Assembly (NCBI GenBank): GCA_010909165.1
Contig: VJWM01000019.1
Span: forward strand, 1,635,776-1,699,775
Direction of reading: 5' to 3'
DNA length: 64,000 nt
DNA from: Anthoceros angustus
Taxonomy: Eukaryota; Plantae; Anthocerotophyta
Shown piece by piece: positions 47,791 through 61,501 of this stretch. The notes beneath the pieces are model-generated. The model was not told the DNA's origin and did no database searches. It was given only the letters and a program-made list of their open reading frames with translations. Numbering within the stretch: the stretch's first letter is position 1; each line of letters begins with the position of its first letter. The translations under genes and the position numbers were made by a program.

Positions 47791-50539
47791 AGAGGTCCAG
47801 AATGCACCAACATACCCACATTCGTGTGAAAGCATCCACAAAACGGGGATGCGCTAACCCTGAAGCACTAAACTTGCAGACTACCGGACTGGATGGGGAA
47901 CCCGAATTTGGTCCCGGGTTTTCGAAAGCGGGTTCGTATATTCCGCCGGTTCAAATATTATGGTGTTAGACCGATTTTGTGCAAGCTCACGTAAAGTCGC
48001 GGCCTCGATCTGGGGCCTCGACGTGCCCAATCAATTTTTTAACGGAAACGTTGGGGTAAAAAGAGGAGAGAAAATTACAAATTTGGAATTATGTTGAAAA
48101 ATTTTCGTTACAAGAGGGTAGATTGTAGACAACTAGATGAAAATATTTCACCATTCAAGTCAAAATTAGAACACGAGGGTAAGATCTTAACGGCCAAGTG
48201 AAAGAGAAATCCAACACACCATGGGGTAAACAAAAATTTGCTAGTAAATCCCACCACAATCATTAATCTGGCAATAAAACATTTTATGTTAAGTACTATT
48301 CATGTGAATCCAGGATATACAAAAAACCAACAAAGAAATACATTCTTTGCAGAGTTTCTTGTATATCTAGAATGATTGTCCTCAAAATTTATTTCTTTTG
48401 CAGGTATTGAGAACTTTGCTTCAGCGCAGGGTTAGTTCTCGGATAGTGCTTCTTTTCGCCCCCTTGACTGATCTGTTGTTCTGTCTGTTATGTAGTAATT
48501 TGTATCCGTGTCTCTGTCTTGTTTGTTTTGCTCGGTTTGTGTTTACTGTTAAGATTCGTGGTCCCCGATTCGCTTGCTCTCTTGTCTGTTGTACTTTCTC
48601 GAGAGATGTGTTTTATCTGACAGTCATTCTGTCTCTCTTCGCTTATACCGGGTTGTGGTTTGCTGATATCGCAGGCCGCTGAAAGCCGGGCACCTTCAGC
48701 GCAAGTCGTCCTCTGATATCACTTCTTATTTACGCCCCCTGTATGTATCTCTGTTTGGACGTAGTTAGTTGCATCTTTGTCTTGTCCGTAGTTAGTTGCA
48801 TCTTTGTCTTGTCCGTTTTGCTGACCTGTTCGTTCTGTTGTGTGATTCTTGTCTACATCTGGTCTATTGCATGTCCAGTTCTGCATCTCTCTTTTTTGTT
48901 GGGCCAATTAACTTGCTCAAGAGCTCTATTTGTTGCTCTTTCAATCTGTCATATTGCATTATACCTGGGCAGTTTCCTTTGTTGTCTACTGTTCTTTCAT
49001 TACACGTTAAGTAAAAAGATTGTTCTTGAGTAGTCTACTCGGTCTCCTAAGACCTGGAGACACACCCCTCTTTTTAGAGATAGAGGTCGAAATGACCAAA
49101 TTTTACATTTGAAATCAAATCAAATCGTGATTTCGTGGGTTTTTCCAGACACAAGGGTCAAAAAACACACATCGCAGATAACCTGTGGTTTTCATAACAC
49201 CATTTCTAGCTTTATCATGCCATTTGATCTTGCAAATAATGGTCCCTTTGGATCAAGTTTGAAAATACCGCTTTCAGCACTTTCAAGGACACTTTTCCAA
49301 AATCGGTTAGTCTTTCAAAATCGCCAAGTTTGTGACGCTTTTTGAATATATGTACTAAGGAGCTATGTAGGAGCTATGTTATCTGTTTGTTGACTCGCAG
49401 ATCGAAAAATCTAACATCTCCATACCTTCAACATAGTGTCAGGTCGTGATGGTTCTGCCAGGTCCTTGCCGTTTGATTCTATCTATGTTTGCATGTGTTC
49501 TGCCTCAATTGTATGGATCTGGGTGGCTGCCGTTCTTATCTATGTGTGGTGTAATGCTGGATTGTCAGTTCATGGCTTCCAAGCTTGAGTCCTGACTGTC
49601 TCATTGTTACTGCCAATTGGTTGCTTACTTTTCTTTGTCAGCAAGGATGTTGTCTCTGTTGTGAAACTTGGCTCAAGCGATGCTGACTCTGGACTTCCTG
49701 GATTATTTATTTCATTGCAGATATACGGTTTGCCGGCACGATTTCCTTCTGCTTTTGTGGTGTTCCACGAGTTCCTTCCAACTGTAAGTTTCACGTCGTT
49801 TTAGTTGCTGTTTAGTCTTCATGTGACCTCTATTGTTATTATCATGGTACATAGGTTTGTATTAACCACATTACATGTTTTTGTAGAAAATTGAACTACC
49901 TGGAATTTTCTGCCATCTTCAGGGTCAAAAGGTGTCCTCATAGTTAGGTTTGGTTTAGAGTCTACCTTTAATGCTTCCTCATGATGTTTACTTTGTCAGT
50001 TGCAACCTCAATTGAGGTAAAGCCGTTGTTGTTGTTGTCTATGGGCTAAGTCCCAATTGTCTGGAGGGTCTTTCGAATATGCTGTGGGTTTAAATGGATT
50101 ATGATAGAGGCATGCAGCTTGTCCAGTTCTCTTGCATATGTTAGTTTTTTAGTTGTTAAACAATTATTCTTGTTAATTTCCTGTTTTGCTCGCGTTTTCA
50201 GACTTGTTCTTGGTGTTGTATTTCCAAAAATCTTTGTTGAACAGAAGGGAATCCTATCTAGAGTTTTTCTAGATTTTAGGAGTTGGCTATGTGTATTCTG
50301 TGGAAAAGAAAGCGGGAGGGAATGGAAATCAAAAGAACGCTCAATTTCAAGTGGCTTTCATTGTCACATATTTTGTCCGGATCGTCATTACCATTGCCTA
50401 GATCATCTGATCATCAATTTTTAGACCTTCCAGCACGTTTCAAGTGGGATTTCTTCAATTCAAGTAAGTTCATATGGCCGGTTAGCTTTCAAATTGTCTG
50501 TTTATATATGATCTCACCCCTCTTCCCTCGACAATATTA

Positions 50540-53500
50540 CTTTCCTCTTGTGCATGTACCATGACTCCCTCCAGCCTCCTACATCTTCCCACATCCTCTA
50601 CATCCTCCCACAATTGCTTTCTCCCATGGCTGCCTCCAACATCCACCAACATCCTCCCAGATTGACATCTTTGAAGGCCTCCATCACAGCAATTATCACA
50701 TCCCTCACCACAGCCACTTGAACCTGTTGCACCCTGAACATCTCACAACAATCATCATTTTCCTTACCACAACCACTTGAAACCTGTTGGACCCTGAACA
50801 TCTCAAAGAGCTTCCGTTCCAAAATGGGAGCATCCTTCAAGAGAGCATCCCTTCAAAGCCCTACACAAGACAACGCATGAAATCAGCAATTCCACATACT
50901 GCAACCCATCTTCTGCAGGATGATGCTGAAATTGATGGCGTTCTTGTTCATAGTGAAGGAACGTATTTGGGGCCTAAGAAGGCAGACCTGAAACTGCAAA
51001 AGCGCTTTTCTTTCAAGATGGCTACTCGGCGCGCGGCCGAGTTTGCTCAGAGGAGAAAAAGCGTGGACCAGGTCCTGACCTTTAGCTTTGGTGGAAGGCC
51101 CTCTGTTCGAGATTACTAACTATGTTCCTGTTACCGAGAGAGGTGTTGACTTTGTTGGTGAGAATGATCATTTGATTACTAACGATTCCATGGTCCTTAA
51201 TGCTGCCAAGGCATGTCTGCAGATTGATAGTGTATGTGGGGCTGGCTTGGTGCAGCTGGACAATTGTGCAGTTCTCTGTCATGAGCAGCTTGGTGAGTTC
51301 TCTATGCTTGTGTTGGTGCCTAACCCTGAAGTGATCCCTGATCAAGAATGTCTTGATATGTTTGAAAGATTAAGGTGTGCGGGTCCTGAAGATGATTTTG
51401 CCATGGGAGTGGAAGAGATTGAGGATGAGACTCAGTTCAGAGAGTAGGGGTTTGATCCTTCTGTACCTGATGGTACTGTTAATGATGCTCTGAGTGGTGG
51501 TGAGGATAAGTCCAAATGTCAAAATAATTGGTGCCGAATTTGTCTGAAGGCCTTCATGAAAGTAAGGTGTGTCAGACGTTGGGATAGAGTGATCGAGGAT
51601 ATTCCCCATAGGAATCTTAACCTCATATGGATTCCATTTTTTCACCAAGTGCGCAATCTGAAAGACAACACCAGATTCTCTCCAGAAACGTAATTTTCTA
51701 TCCCTTTTCATTGAGTTATTTTTTGTTGAGAAGTTTCTAAATGTTATCATTTATGCAGGTTAATGTCCTTTTTTCGAGGGTTCAATCGAATCTTGATTAG
51801 AAAATGTGTGTTGGACCAGAGCCATCTCGGATCTAATGTTCCTGTGATCAATATATTTTACGGCATATTCTATGGGGCCCAGGCTGCCCTTGTTGCCTCC
51901 ATGAAAACCAGCAAGGATCTTGGTATCGTTTCATGTCGGAAGGAGGTAAAACTCATTTGTGACAATGATGAGCGGTGCATATTAGGGCACCAGGATCACC
52001 AATGTTATTTTGGCCGTGGCGCCCAGAAAGGGTCTGGCCCACTGTATCTTGGTATTGCTTCGTCTCGTGTCTTTGTCTTATTCCTGTTGATGGTTATATT
52101 TCTATGAATCAGGTGTACATATTTTTGTATGAATCGGTTTGGTGTCCGTGGGGGAGAGGAGTTGCACAACGTTCTTATCAGGTATTTTTCCTTTTCATCG
52201 GATTCTGGTGGAAACTTTGTACAGTACGTTTATTTTACCTTTTAACCTTGTAGTTTCTCTGTCTCTTTTAACCCTATAGTTTCCATGACTATGTTGCTCA
52301 CTTTTTTGTACTGTCTGCAGATATGAGGAACGTATGTAAAAAAACTATAAAGTTGATATGTGCAACTACCAAAGTGAGCATTTTCGGCCAAAGGTTAAGA
52401 ATTACGAGCTGGATTTAATTCAAACCTTCAGAGCTTTCATCGATCACTTCCAAATGACACCCTCTCCGAGTATCAACATATGCATGCGGCTGAGTATTAG
52501 AAGATGTAAGAAAAAGACGCAAGCATAATGGTGTGAACTCCTATCCAAAGTGGACTTCCAATGATCAAAATCCATCTATTCAAGGGTTTCTCTTCAATTC
52601 GCCAATTGATAATCCAAGGTCCAATGTAAGTTCAAGTGTGAATCTTATTTCAGGTAAAGAAAAGTTTTTATTGAGGTGAAAAAACGATGGGAAGAGCCCA
52701 TCCAGGAGGGGACAACCAGAGGGCACCAAGGGGACAATCTTATTTCTGGGAGTTGGTTCTTTAAGTGTATCACTAAATAATTTTTTTTGTTTTGATCAGG
52801 ATAGGTGTTCTACCATTAGCAGTAGTCAATGTGAAGCCTGACATAGTTCTTTCCAGCCAACCTGAAGATGTAAGTTCACCTTTGTGTTAAGAAGTTATTT
52901 TGATGAGTAATAAAGTTTTGATAAGTGATAATTTTGCAGGCTTACGCTGCATGTTTCTTACAAGCCAAAACCATTGACAATGTATGTGTGGGTTCAGATG
53001 TCGTTGAAGGATGTGTGGGATCGGATTTCACGTAACCTGACTCTCTTATTTTGATGGCAGGTTCCGCCCATTGCTGCCATGGATATTGCTCTCCGTGAGA
53101 GCAGTGTGCAAGTTCCTTCCATGAGCACTAAACCATAATTATCATATGTTGATGAAGATCTGTGTGTCAAGAAGGCAAGTTTCTATAATTTGTGCTTTGT
53201 TTTCCTTTGTGGTATTCTTCAAGTTGAATTTATTCGGTTTTTTTTGCTAGCAGGTAATCTCTGTGGCAATGGATGTTGATACTGTAAACAACTTACTATC
53301 ACCATCTATTTGCATACAAGCTAAACGTCCTGAAAAGATAATGTGTTTTGGCTTTGTTTGATTTGGCATTCCCATTCAAGTTGGCCTTTTTTTTTTTTTA
53401 TGGCAAAATTTACAGTCAATTGCTTAAGGTCCCAATATTTATGAGAGCAGCCTATTTGTTCGACAATTCAACATCATCAATGGTGGCACTTTAGAGTCCT
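50540..53500. other. Decayed, unclassified coding-like sequence with short GT-AG-bounded exon-like blocks; probably TE-derived
   Basis: Long frames broken by single stops (50787-51700); several CAG|...|GTAAG-type blocks at 52320-53340; no motif firmly recognised. Confidence 0.3.
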
Positions 53501-56306
53501 GCAAGGTGGACGCAACTGAGGCAGTTAAAGTTCAACAGCGTAGGAATGTGGTAGCACAGGACGAGTCTCAGCATGGCCAGTATAGCACATTTGAGGAGCC
53601 TCTGACTGAGATTTACCAACAACGAGAGCTGGAGCATGCCCTTGACAGCTATGGAGAGGCGATCACACAACATACCAAGACACAAGCTGCAAACAACAGA
53701 TCCATGACGTTTGGGAACCTGAAAACCAAAGAAACCCTCAAGTGTAAGGTGTAGAACAACAGCCGATAAACCAAAATGCCCGGATTTGCAATAGACCATG
53801 AAGGACTGCACTCGGATATAGTGAATAACAAAAAGAACAAAAGAGATAGGAACCAAGACTCATACACCATTTACGAAAGCAGCGAGAACAGACATGCATC
53901 ACTAGGGAAACAGTCGCACAAATGCCTCCTTAAAGCACATACATAAGCCGTAACCAGAGCAAAACATCAGGAACAGAACTGCGCTAGAGGTGGCAGGCTT
54001 TCAAGGTCTGCGAGTAAACAAACAGGTCTCAAAGAGCTACCACAAAAAGGAAGTATAAAACAAAAGCGTGCAAGAAACCTTACGTGTAAGGTTAGACGAC
54101 AAACGCAAAACAACGCCCAGGAATGTGGAGTGAAAAGTGACAGTAATTAAGACCACGTAGAACAGCGCTCGGCCATAGCGAGAACAGATAGGACGAGAAA
54201 GCGAGATGCAAGAACACGAAAGCTCACGAAACAAACACGAAACAGCGCAAGCAAGAGATCTGGGAAAAGACGCAGACGCACAAAGCCTGCCTCAAGGTAA
54301 AGCATGCCTCAAGCACAAATGCTCACATCAACCACAAAGCATAAAAATACAATCATAAAGGAAAGTAACGAAATGACGCAGTCACTGCATACTGCACAGG
54401 GGAACAGAAGCCAGGAAAGGCGAAAGACATTTCTCTCAGAAGAGTAGGCTTTTATAGCCTATCAATCCCTAACATCTCTCTCTGTCGGTGTCGACAATCT
54501 CTCTCTACCAGACATGATTTAAAATTGCCAAACCTACAGTCCGAGGCTTGTTCCCGAACCTACCTACCTACTGTGGAGTGTGAACTTGTGTCTAGGGACA
54601 CCATGAGGTCCACATTTACCCTCAATGTCGTTGTAGGCCTAGGATTCTCTCCCAAGGGAATGGTTTGTGCCAAGGGATGCTAACTTCTATCACTACTGAC
54701 CCTTGCCTAAGTTGGGACACACCTGCCGTCACCTTTCCTATTTGTCTTCTCAACTACTACTGTCACTCGACTTGCCTAACTACCGCGGTTCGCATTCCAC
54801 GACCGCCGCTCCCGAGCTCCTACCACGGTGGCCCTCCCCACTACCAGGTAGTGGTTACAACTACCGAGATGGGTCCCACAACAAACCCTAGCACCTTCTC
54901 TCTGGCGCGCGGCGCCGCAAATCCCTTCCACGGATGGCTGTCTCTACTCGCAGGCCGGGTTTTATTCTGCACTCTAGGCTCTAAACTCAGACCGATTCTT
55001 AGAAGCGGAAGTTCCTAGGTTATCGCACACCCGTTCCACACACACACACACCCACACACACAAACAAAAGAGCGCCACTCACACACTATTTCTCCAGGGA
55101 ACACTGTCCCCCATGTGCACTTTCCACAGACAGCACCGGCTTGATTTCACAATTTCCACATACCAATCCCCATTGTTAGCCCCTCAATCCGTCCTCCTTC
55201 TCTTCCCACTTCCGATCTCACACCTCGCATCGCGTACAGCACTCGATCTCTCCTTCACCTGATCTCTTCTCTCTCTCTTTTTCTCCCCCTCAATGCACGC
55301 ACAAGCTTCCAACCATCTACTCAACACTCTCTTGATTTCGGAACACAACTAACAGGAACAAAGGTGAAGGAAATAAGAACCCCTTGAAATTCCCCTACCG
55401 CCGGCCGGCTTCCACTACCACTTCCCCCTTTCGCGGCCGCTTCTTCCTTCCGCAACCGCCCTTCCAATTTGCCTACCGTCTTCGGAACATAGGCCCCGCA
55501 CACCCCAGTCAGCGACCACTCACCAGTTCAACTACCGCCCGGTTGGTTCGACCACTAGCCTATGGACTTAGCAACCTCTGCCAAATATGAGGACACCCTC
55601 CCCCTATATATACGCCTTTTTATTAAATATTCCAAGACCAAAGGCCAAGGAGTATCAAGTTCATAGTCTAAGGACCGATTATTATTTAACCCAGAAAAAC
55701 AACCCCAAAACTCATAGGCCAAGGACACTTTCTACTATAAATATTCCTTCCTACTGACAACTTGACTCACTTTAACACCACACATGACAAAAAAACAAAA
55801 AAAATCACTCAAAGACACAATCCATCAGGGAGTTTCTAGATTTGAATCGTTTACACCTACCGTCGCGATTGGTTAACGCCAGCCGCCGCCGCCACCCTAA
55901 TTCTCCAAACCTAATTTAAATTCTCCTAACCTAAACACCGAAGCCACCAACATGGTTTACATCTTCATATGATGGATGTCAAACCAATCAGAGATTGACT
56001 CGCAGGTAGGTCGCTGGAAGCCTCTCGAACACTACATCTTCTCTTACTTGTGTCTCTTTCCTCCGCTACAGGCTTCTTTCTAAGTTACTTCCGCTTTCTC
56101 TCTGAGCTCGCTACTGCCTACTTTCTATCGGTGCCGAGGCTGCGCAATCGCCATGGCTGCTTTTGGAGGGGTTTCACATCTTGTTCCTCATTAAGGAGTT
56201 GCTGGAACCACGTTGCTGGCACCCTGGACTAGTTGTGCTCCTTGGACGCTGCCTCCGAACGAAAGCCACCTTTAGTCTGATTCTTCACTTCTTTTGATGT
56301 AGTATT

Positions 56307-56574
56307 TGATGAAATATATCTAGTTTAGGGCACTATTCATTAGGGCCACATCACTTAAACATTATTTTATCATCTAGGGCATTAGGTAGTTATCTATTTA
56401 GTTGTTCTAGATAGTTAGTTGTTAGTAGTTACAACAACTTGGTGGTTATAACAACATAATGTTATAACCACCTAACCACCTCAACCACTTAGCCTATATA
56501 AAGGCTTGTACTTTACTATTTAATTCATTGCATTGTACTACTTTGTATCTAAGAGGAAGGCGTGATTTTCATCA
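56307..56574 (+). mobile_element. 5' LTR of a Ty1/copia retrotransposon (268 bp), followed by an iMet-type PBS at 56575-56586
   Basis: TGATGAAA...TTTCATCA inverted ends; internal TATATAAA; TGGTACCAGAGC (one mismatch to TGGTATCAGAGC). Confidence 0.85.
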
Positions 56575-56882
56575 TGGTACCAGAGCATCTTGCTCTCCAC
56601 TATGCGTGTGCAGCTTCAAGCATCTAAGGAGCTTATCTAGGAGGCACTTTCCAATCTAGCACCTTGCTAGATGGATTGTGTTCATTCTAGAATTGCTGCT
56701 CTTTTATGTTTTCTTCTCATGCGAATATATCTTTTCTAATAATGCTTTTATGCACTAATTCCTTGTCCCCCTTCCATGGAAGTGTTTTCCCTTAGAAGGA
56801 GGAGGCCTAGAATTAGGAAAAGAGATTTCCCTGCAAGACAACAAGAACAAGTTAGGAGCAAGAACATTAGAAGCAATAGAAG

Positions 56883-59800
56883 TTTACACATCATAGTAGG
56901 TGTGGACTACGGACTTCCCTTGGGGGTTAAGAAATAAGTAGGGTTTTGTTTTTTTGTAGGAGCGGAGGATAAAATAAGGCGGAAAAGGGAGGAATAAGCG
57001 GATAGATCCGGACTGCACCGAGTATACCCGACCTGGAGTGGCAACGACCTGACTATGGCGTGCGCCGACCACGCCGGGTACTGGGATAAGTCCGGACTCA
57101 CCCAGTCCAAGGTGATAAGTACGCCTGTGGAAAAGTAACTTAGAAGTTGAGCCGTGAGGACGGACTAGGCGGCGCCACGTGGACGGGCCCGAGTGGAGGT
57201 CGGCATGCACCGCCAGACCGAGCCAGGGCCGCAGGCAGTATTCACGCCCGCTGACGCGGAAGGCCGAGTACGCGCGCGAAGGCCGAGTAAGCGGAGGCGT
57301 AAGGTCGAATAAGCCATGACCTCCTGCGCTGACAGGAAGAGGCGCCTTCCGCCCCGTTACTCCCAAGGCGCGCCCAAGGGGAAGGTCTCCGCGCACCGAC
57401 AATTCGCAGCCTCGCGCCCGCAACCCGCTCGGCGCTATCTCTTGAGCGCCCAAGCACTCGAGCGTAGTTCACCGGGGTTGGAGAAGCGAACGCGAGGAGG
57501 GCGCGCGCGCTGCTGAACTCCCGCGCCATGCGACAAGGGAGACGAGGCGATGGCACCCAAAAGCTCGGAAGTTTGGGAGCCATGGAACCTCGTGGAGCGC
57601 AACATTGTGACCCGCGCTATCCGGACTTTGGGCCCCGGCCGAGGAAGCGGAGAATTAGTGGAGGAGTGGCACTGGATGTGTTCCAGACGGCCCGACGCTC
57701 GACAACACACCGTCCGGAGTTCGCCCAAGATGTTCAACAAGGAGGTGCGGTCCAAGAACCTCCGGAGGACCCGAGGCGATGGACCTTGAGGTCCCGAGGG
57801 CGGCCTACAACCGCCCAAAGGAGGAAGAAGGGGTGTGTGCCGAGCCTCAAGGTGAAGGGAAGATAGGGCCGCAACAAGCGGCGATGCCGAGGCTCGAACG
57901 CAGAGACCACCAACGGCCGGGGTTGATATCCGACCCGCCGGATACCGAGTAAGGGCGGTAGCCCGGATCATTGTCCATTGAACTCGCCACCAAGGTGGAT
58001 CACCTTGGTGATAACCTCGCTGGTATTCTCGCATGCGCCGGGAAGAGGGCGGATCGGGGAAGGATTATCTTCGCCTGCTTAGTGAGGCCCCGCAAGCTCG
58101 GACCGAGAAGCCTCGCCATGGGCCGCCCCATACCGATCCATGTATGGGGACATTTCGAGCTCAAGGAGGGAGAGCTTGAGCGGGCGCCCAAAGGACCGAG
58201 GCCCCGCCGGAAGTGGAGCGCAAGAGGTGGAGGCCGACCAAGGCCAAACGGACCCGGAGGAGGACGATCGAGAGGAATTCGACTCCATACGTGAACGGAC
58301 CCCTCACCACCTGTGGAAGTATGGGAGGAAATCCGCCTCCTCCCGGTGCCCCACCGGAGTGCCCAAGGAGGCCTGACCCAATAGCCCACCACCACCACAA
58401 CCACTACTGGAGCTCACGACCCGGAGGGAACCAAGAGACGCAAGACTACCAACGCAAAGACCTCGACGGTGCCAAGACTTACCCCGCCTACCTGAGTGGC
58501 AAGAAGCGGAGGAAGCGGTAAGGAGGGCAGAAAGGGACGCTGCCCAGGGAGCAGGAGGACACTGGCAGCAGCCGCACCCGGAGCCGGTCCTGTCTCCGAC
58601 AGGAAGGGGCAAAAGGGCTTGCTCCCGGACCCCCTCACCTCCTCCGAGCCCCAGGAGAAAAAGGGCGGAGAAGGAGCTCGCGGCCAAAAGGGCCAAGGAG
58701 GGTGAAGCTCCGAGTCAAAGACTCAGACCCAAGGGTCCCGATTAGGTCCGGAGAACCCACCTGACTCCCGGACTGCGTGGAGGTCTGGATGAAATGCCGC
58801 TCCCACTACGGACTTTGTGGGAGCCTCACTGGCGGCCGTGGAAGAAACACGGCGGTCCTGCCACCGCCATGGATCAGATGCTTTGGGGTCTCGGGATGGC
58901 CGAGAAGACCTGTGAGGTAGAAGCCACCCGAGGCGCATGGTACTCCTCCGTGAGGCTTGGAGGGGCCTGGAGGCAGGAGGAAGGCCAAGCTCGGCCGAAT
59001 GGAAGGGAAAGGGAGGCCGAGAGGAAGTCCGTCCATCCGCAAGGACCGGACTAAATTCCTTCACCGGAGGAGCACCAAGGCAAAAGGGCCAAGGAGGCCC
59101 AAGGCCGAGGACCTCCGCAGTGAGAGGGGTAGCGCAGCAAGGCTAAGAGGCCCGGGCGCAAGCGAGCGCCGACCGCGAGGCGGCCCGACCAGACCAGAGC
59201 CAAGCCGGAGAGGCTCTGTGAAGGTGGCCAAGGAGGCGGAAGCCACGGCACCGCGATCACCATCGGCGTGATCGAACCGTGGAGGGAGGCTACGGGTAGC
59301 CACGCCAATCAAGGCCGAGCAAAGCAAGCAAGAGAGCAAGCACGAGCCGCTGAAACACCGGAGGCCAAGACCGGAAATCGGGACCTGGCGCAGCAGGAGG
59401 TAGAAGGAGGAGCCGGAGGATGCAAGGACACCTTGGAGTTACAACCCCAAGACGCTGGGCAAAGCAAGGGGTTCTCAACGAGAGTCCAAGACTTCGAGGG
59501 AGCGCCCACCGCCTCAAGATGGAGGAGGCGGCGAGCAAGCGCGACCACCAGCCTGTGAAGTTCGCGACAAGGAGATGGAGGATCTCCTGACTCACCGTGA
59601 GGTGGAGCAAGAATGCAGGAGATGGAAGACCGCAAGGAGACCTTGAGTCGCAGCCTTCAAACTACCATTGAGAGGAATGGTAGTCCGCAGACGGTCGCGA
59701 ACGCGAACGAAATAGAGCGGCTGCTGGCGATGACGGCATGGCGAACAGGAGCAGGACGCCGAGATGGAGAAGGCTCGGCGAAGCCCGAGCCCGCAGAGTT

Positions 59801-61501
59801 GCCCGACCGTCTGGAGAGGAGATGGCGAGTTAACATGTAATGGACGGAGAGCGAGCACCGGAAGCGCATAAGAAGCCGTCCAGCTTGAGGAAGGCGAAGG
59901 GGAACGCTATGTTATGGTAAGCCGGCGGAGCAAGCGAGGAGTTGGAGCAGTGGAGCAACGGCGGCCGCGGGAGGTGACCGAGGCACCCTGCGGAAGGCCC
60001 GCCTATCAAACCTCAAGGGAGGTGGTCCAACAAGCGGGCAAAGACGTCACCCGAGCACCTATGGCGAAGGAGTATCGGTGCCCGCACACGTGGAAGAGGC
60101 AATCCAACAAGTGGATTCGGACTTTGCCTATTACCACACCGAGCTAGAGGCCTCTCACCACGAATAGACGGACCCCGGAAGGCCTGAGGGGAAGAAGGGC
60201 ATGGGGACAGACAGGGACTCTAGGGGCCCTGTTTGGAGACGACGGCAGAGGGGGAGAAGAGCCTCAAGAGGAGCGAGACGCAACGGACCCCAGGGTAAGT
60301 TCACCGCAACCGCCTGAGAAGGGAGGTGACCCCAAAGGGAAGGAGGAGCCAACCCGACCCAAGACAAGGGTCGGGGGGTAGGGATGAGGACCTAGCAGTA
60401 CGAGGTCCACTGATAAGGGGTCCGGAGCTTGGGGACCGGACCAGAATGGACCGAGGTCCGAACCTCAGAGACGAGGCCGACCACCGACCGGACTGTGAAA
60501 TAAGACTGACTCGGAGTTCAGACCGGAGTCGAGACCGACCTCGAGGTCCTGACCGCAAGAAGGAGGAGCCCCTTCGACTTACGCTAGGGGAGCAGATAGG
60601 TGGCCCCACCGAGGGGACCCACGGGAGGCTGTGGAGGATGACGCGTGAACGGGCGGCCGCCGACCGCCGCCAGAGCCCAACCCCGATGTGATTCCGGAGA
60701 GAGGAGGGTCCGCCTCGCGGATCATCCGATTGGGTGCGCCAACCGCCGTGACGGGAGATTGGACCACCAATCCCAAGGCGGAACCCGGACCTTCCACCCC
60801 ACCGACAAGGAGATAGGGGAATAGGATGGTAGGCCGATTAGGTATACCGAAATGGCCATCCTAATAGGTGTGTAATAAAGACGACTTGGGCGTAGTATAA
60901 GAGGGTCAGCCTCAATAAATCATCTTCTCTTGGTGTTGATGCTGCTCTGCACCTTTGTGTGTCTTCTGCTAACGTGAGTCCCGAGTCACCCAGCGAAAGC
61001 ACTCCCGGAGAGATTGACTGTGGTCCCGTGACGGACCTAACGTGTTGTGGTGTGCAGGGAGGGTGACTGGGACCCGTGCTCGCCTGCAGCCGCGCCGCCC
61101 GGACCGGAACGCTGGAGCCGAGGGGACTCGGGAGGCGGCAGAGTCTTGGACGAGAGGCGGAACGACGGAGGAGGTCCGGACTATGTAACCCGCCGTTTTC
61201 CCTAAGACCGATAAGTGTAGTGTGAGTGGAGAGAGGAACGACGGGTGTGAGTGACGAACGTGAACGATACGGACGCCGAACGTCCTTAAACGCTTGGCCA
61301 TACCGCCCGTAAGGGTGATTGTTGCGAGTAGTTAGACGTGAACTAATGAATGTGTGCGTTGGAACTGAACGGACGCAAAGTAAGACGAGAATCGCCTGAA
61401 ACGCTGCAAACGGAGCCTGTCATTCCCTTGGGAACGGACTCCTTCCTACAACGATACGGGATTGTGCGCGCCCGGCTGGCCGTCAGCGAAAGTCGCGCCA
61501 C
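56883..61501. mobile_element. Unclassified 4.6-kb GC-rich insertion in the copia gag-protease linker
   Basis: AGAAG at 56878-56882 and 61502-61506; removal rejoins ...TLEAIE-GEIDETSS...; no LTR pair or TIR seen. Confidence 0.6.

Larger units (their letters stand above)
33227..47967. mobile_element. 14,741-bp TIR DNA transposon (Sola-like) with cargo gene
   Basis: Perfect 32-bp TIRs AACACCATAATATTTGAACCGGCGGAATATAC (33227-33258 / 47936-47967); AGAC TSD at 33223-33226 and 47968-47971; internal transposase. Confidence 0.93.
33221..49047. mobile_element. Host MITE-like element (~1.08 kb: 33221-33226 + 47972-49047) whose left TIR is split by the large transposon
   Basis: Removing 33227-47971 restores GGAGACCGA, the reverse complement of TCGGTCTCC at 49039-49047; TAAG flanks both ends (33217-33220, 49048-49051). 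Confidence 0.6.

Noticed and set aside
33229-47965. CACTA-type reading of the termini (CACCA...)
   Set aside because: No 3-bp TSD at that register, the inverted match extends two more bases, the 4-bp AGAC duplication fits exactly, and the transposase is not Tnp2-like
54400-56300. Possible gene or promoter remnant (TATA-like, CA microsatellite at ~55040, GCC repeats at ~55880)
   Set aside because: No supported ORF or element boundaries could be defined
57242-60797. Numerous short ORFs as host genes
   Set aside because: GC-rich, frameshifted and inside an insertion nested in a copia element; no domain recognised
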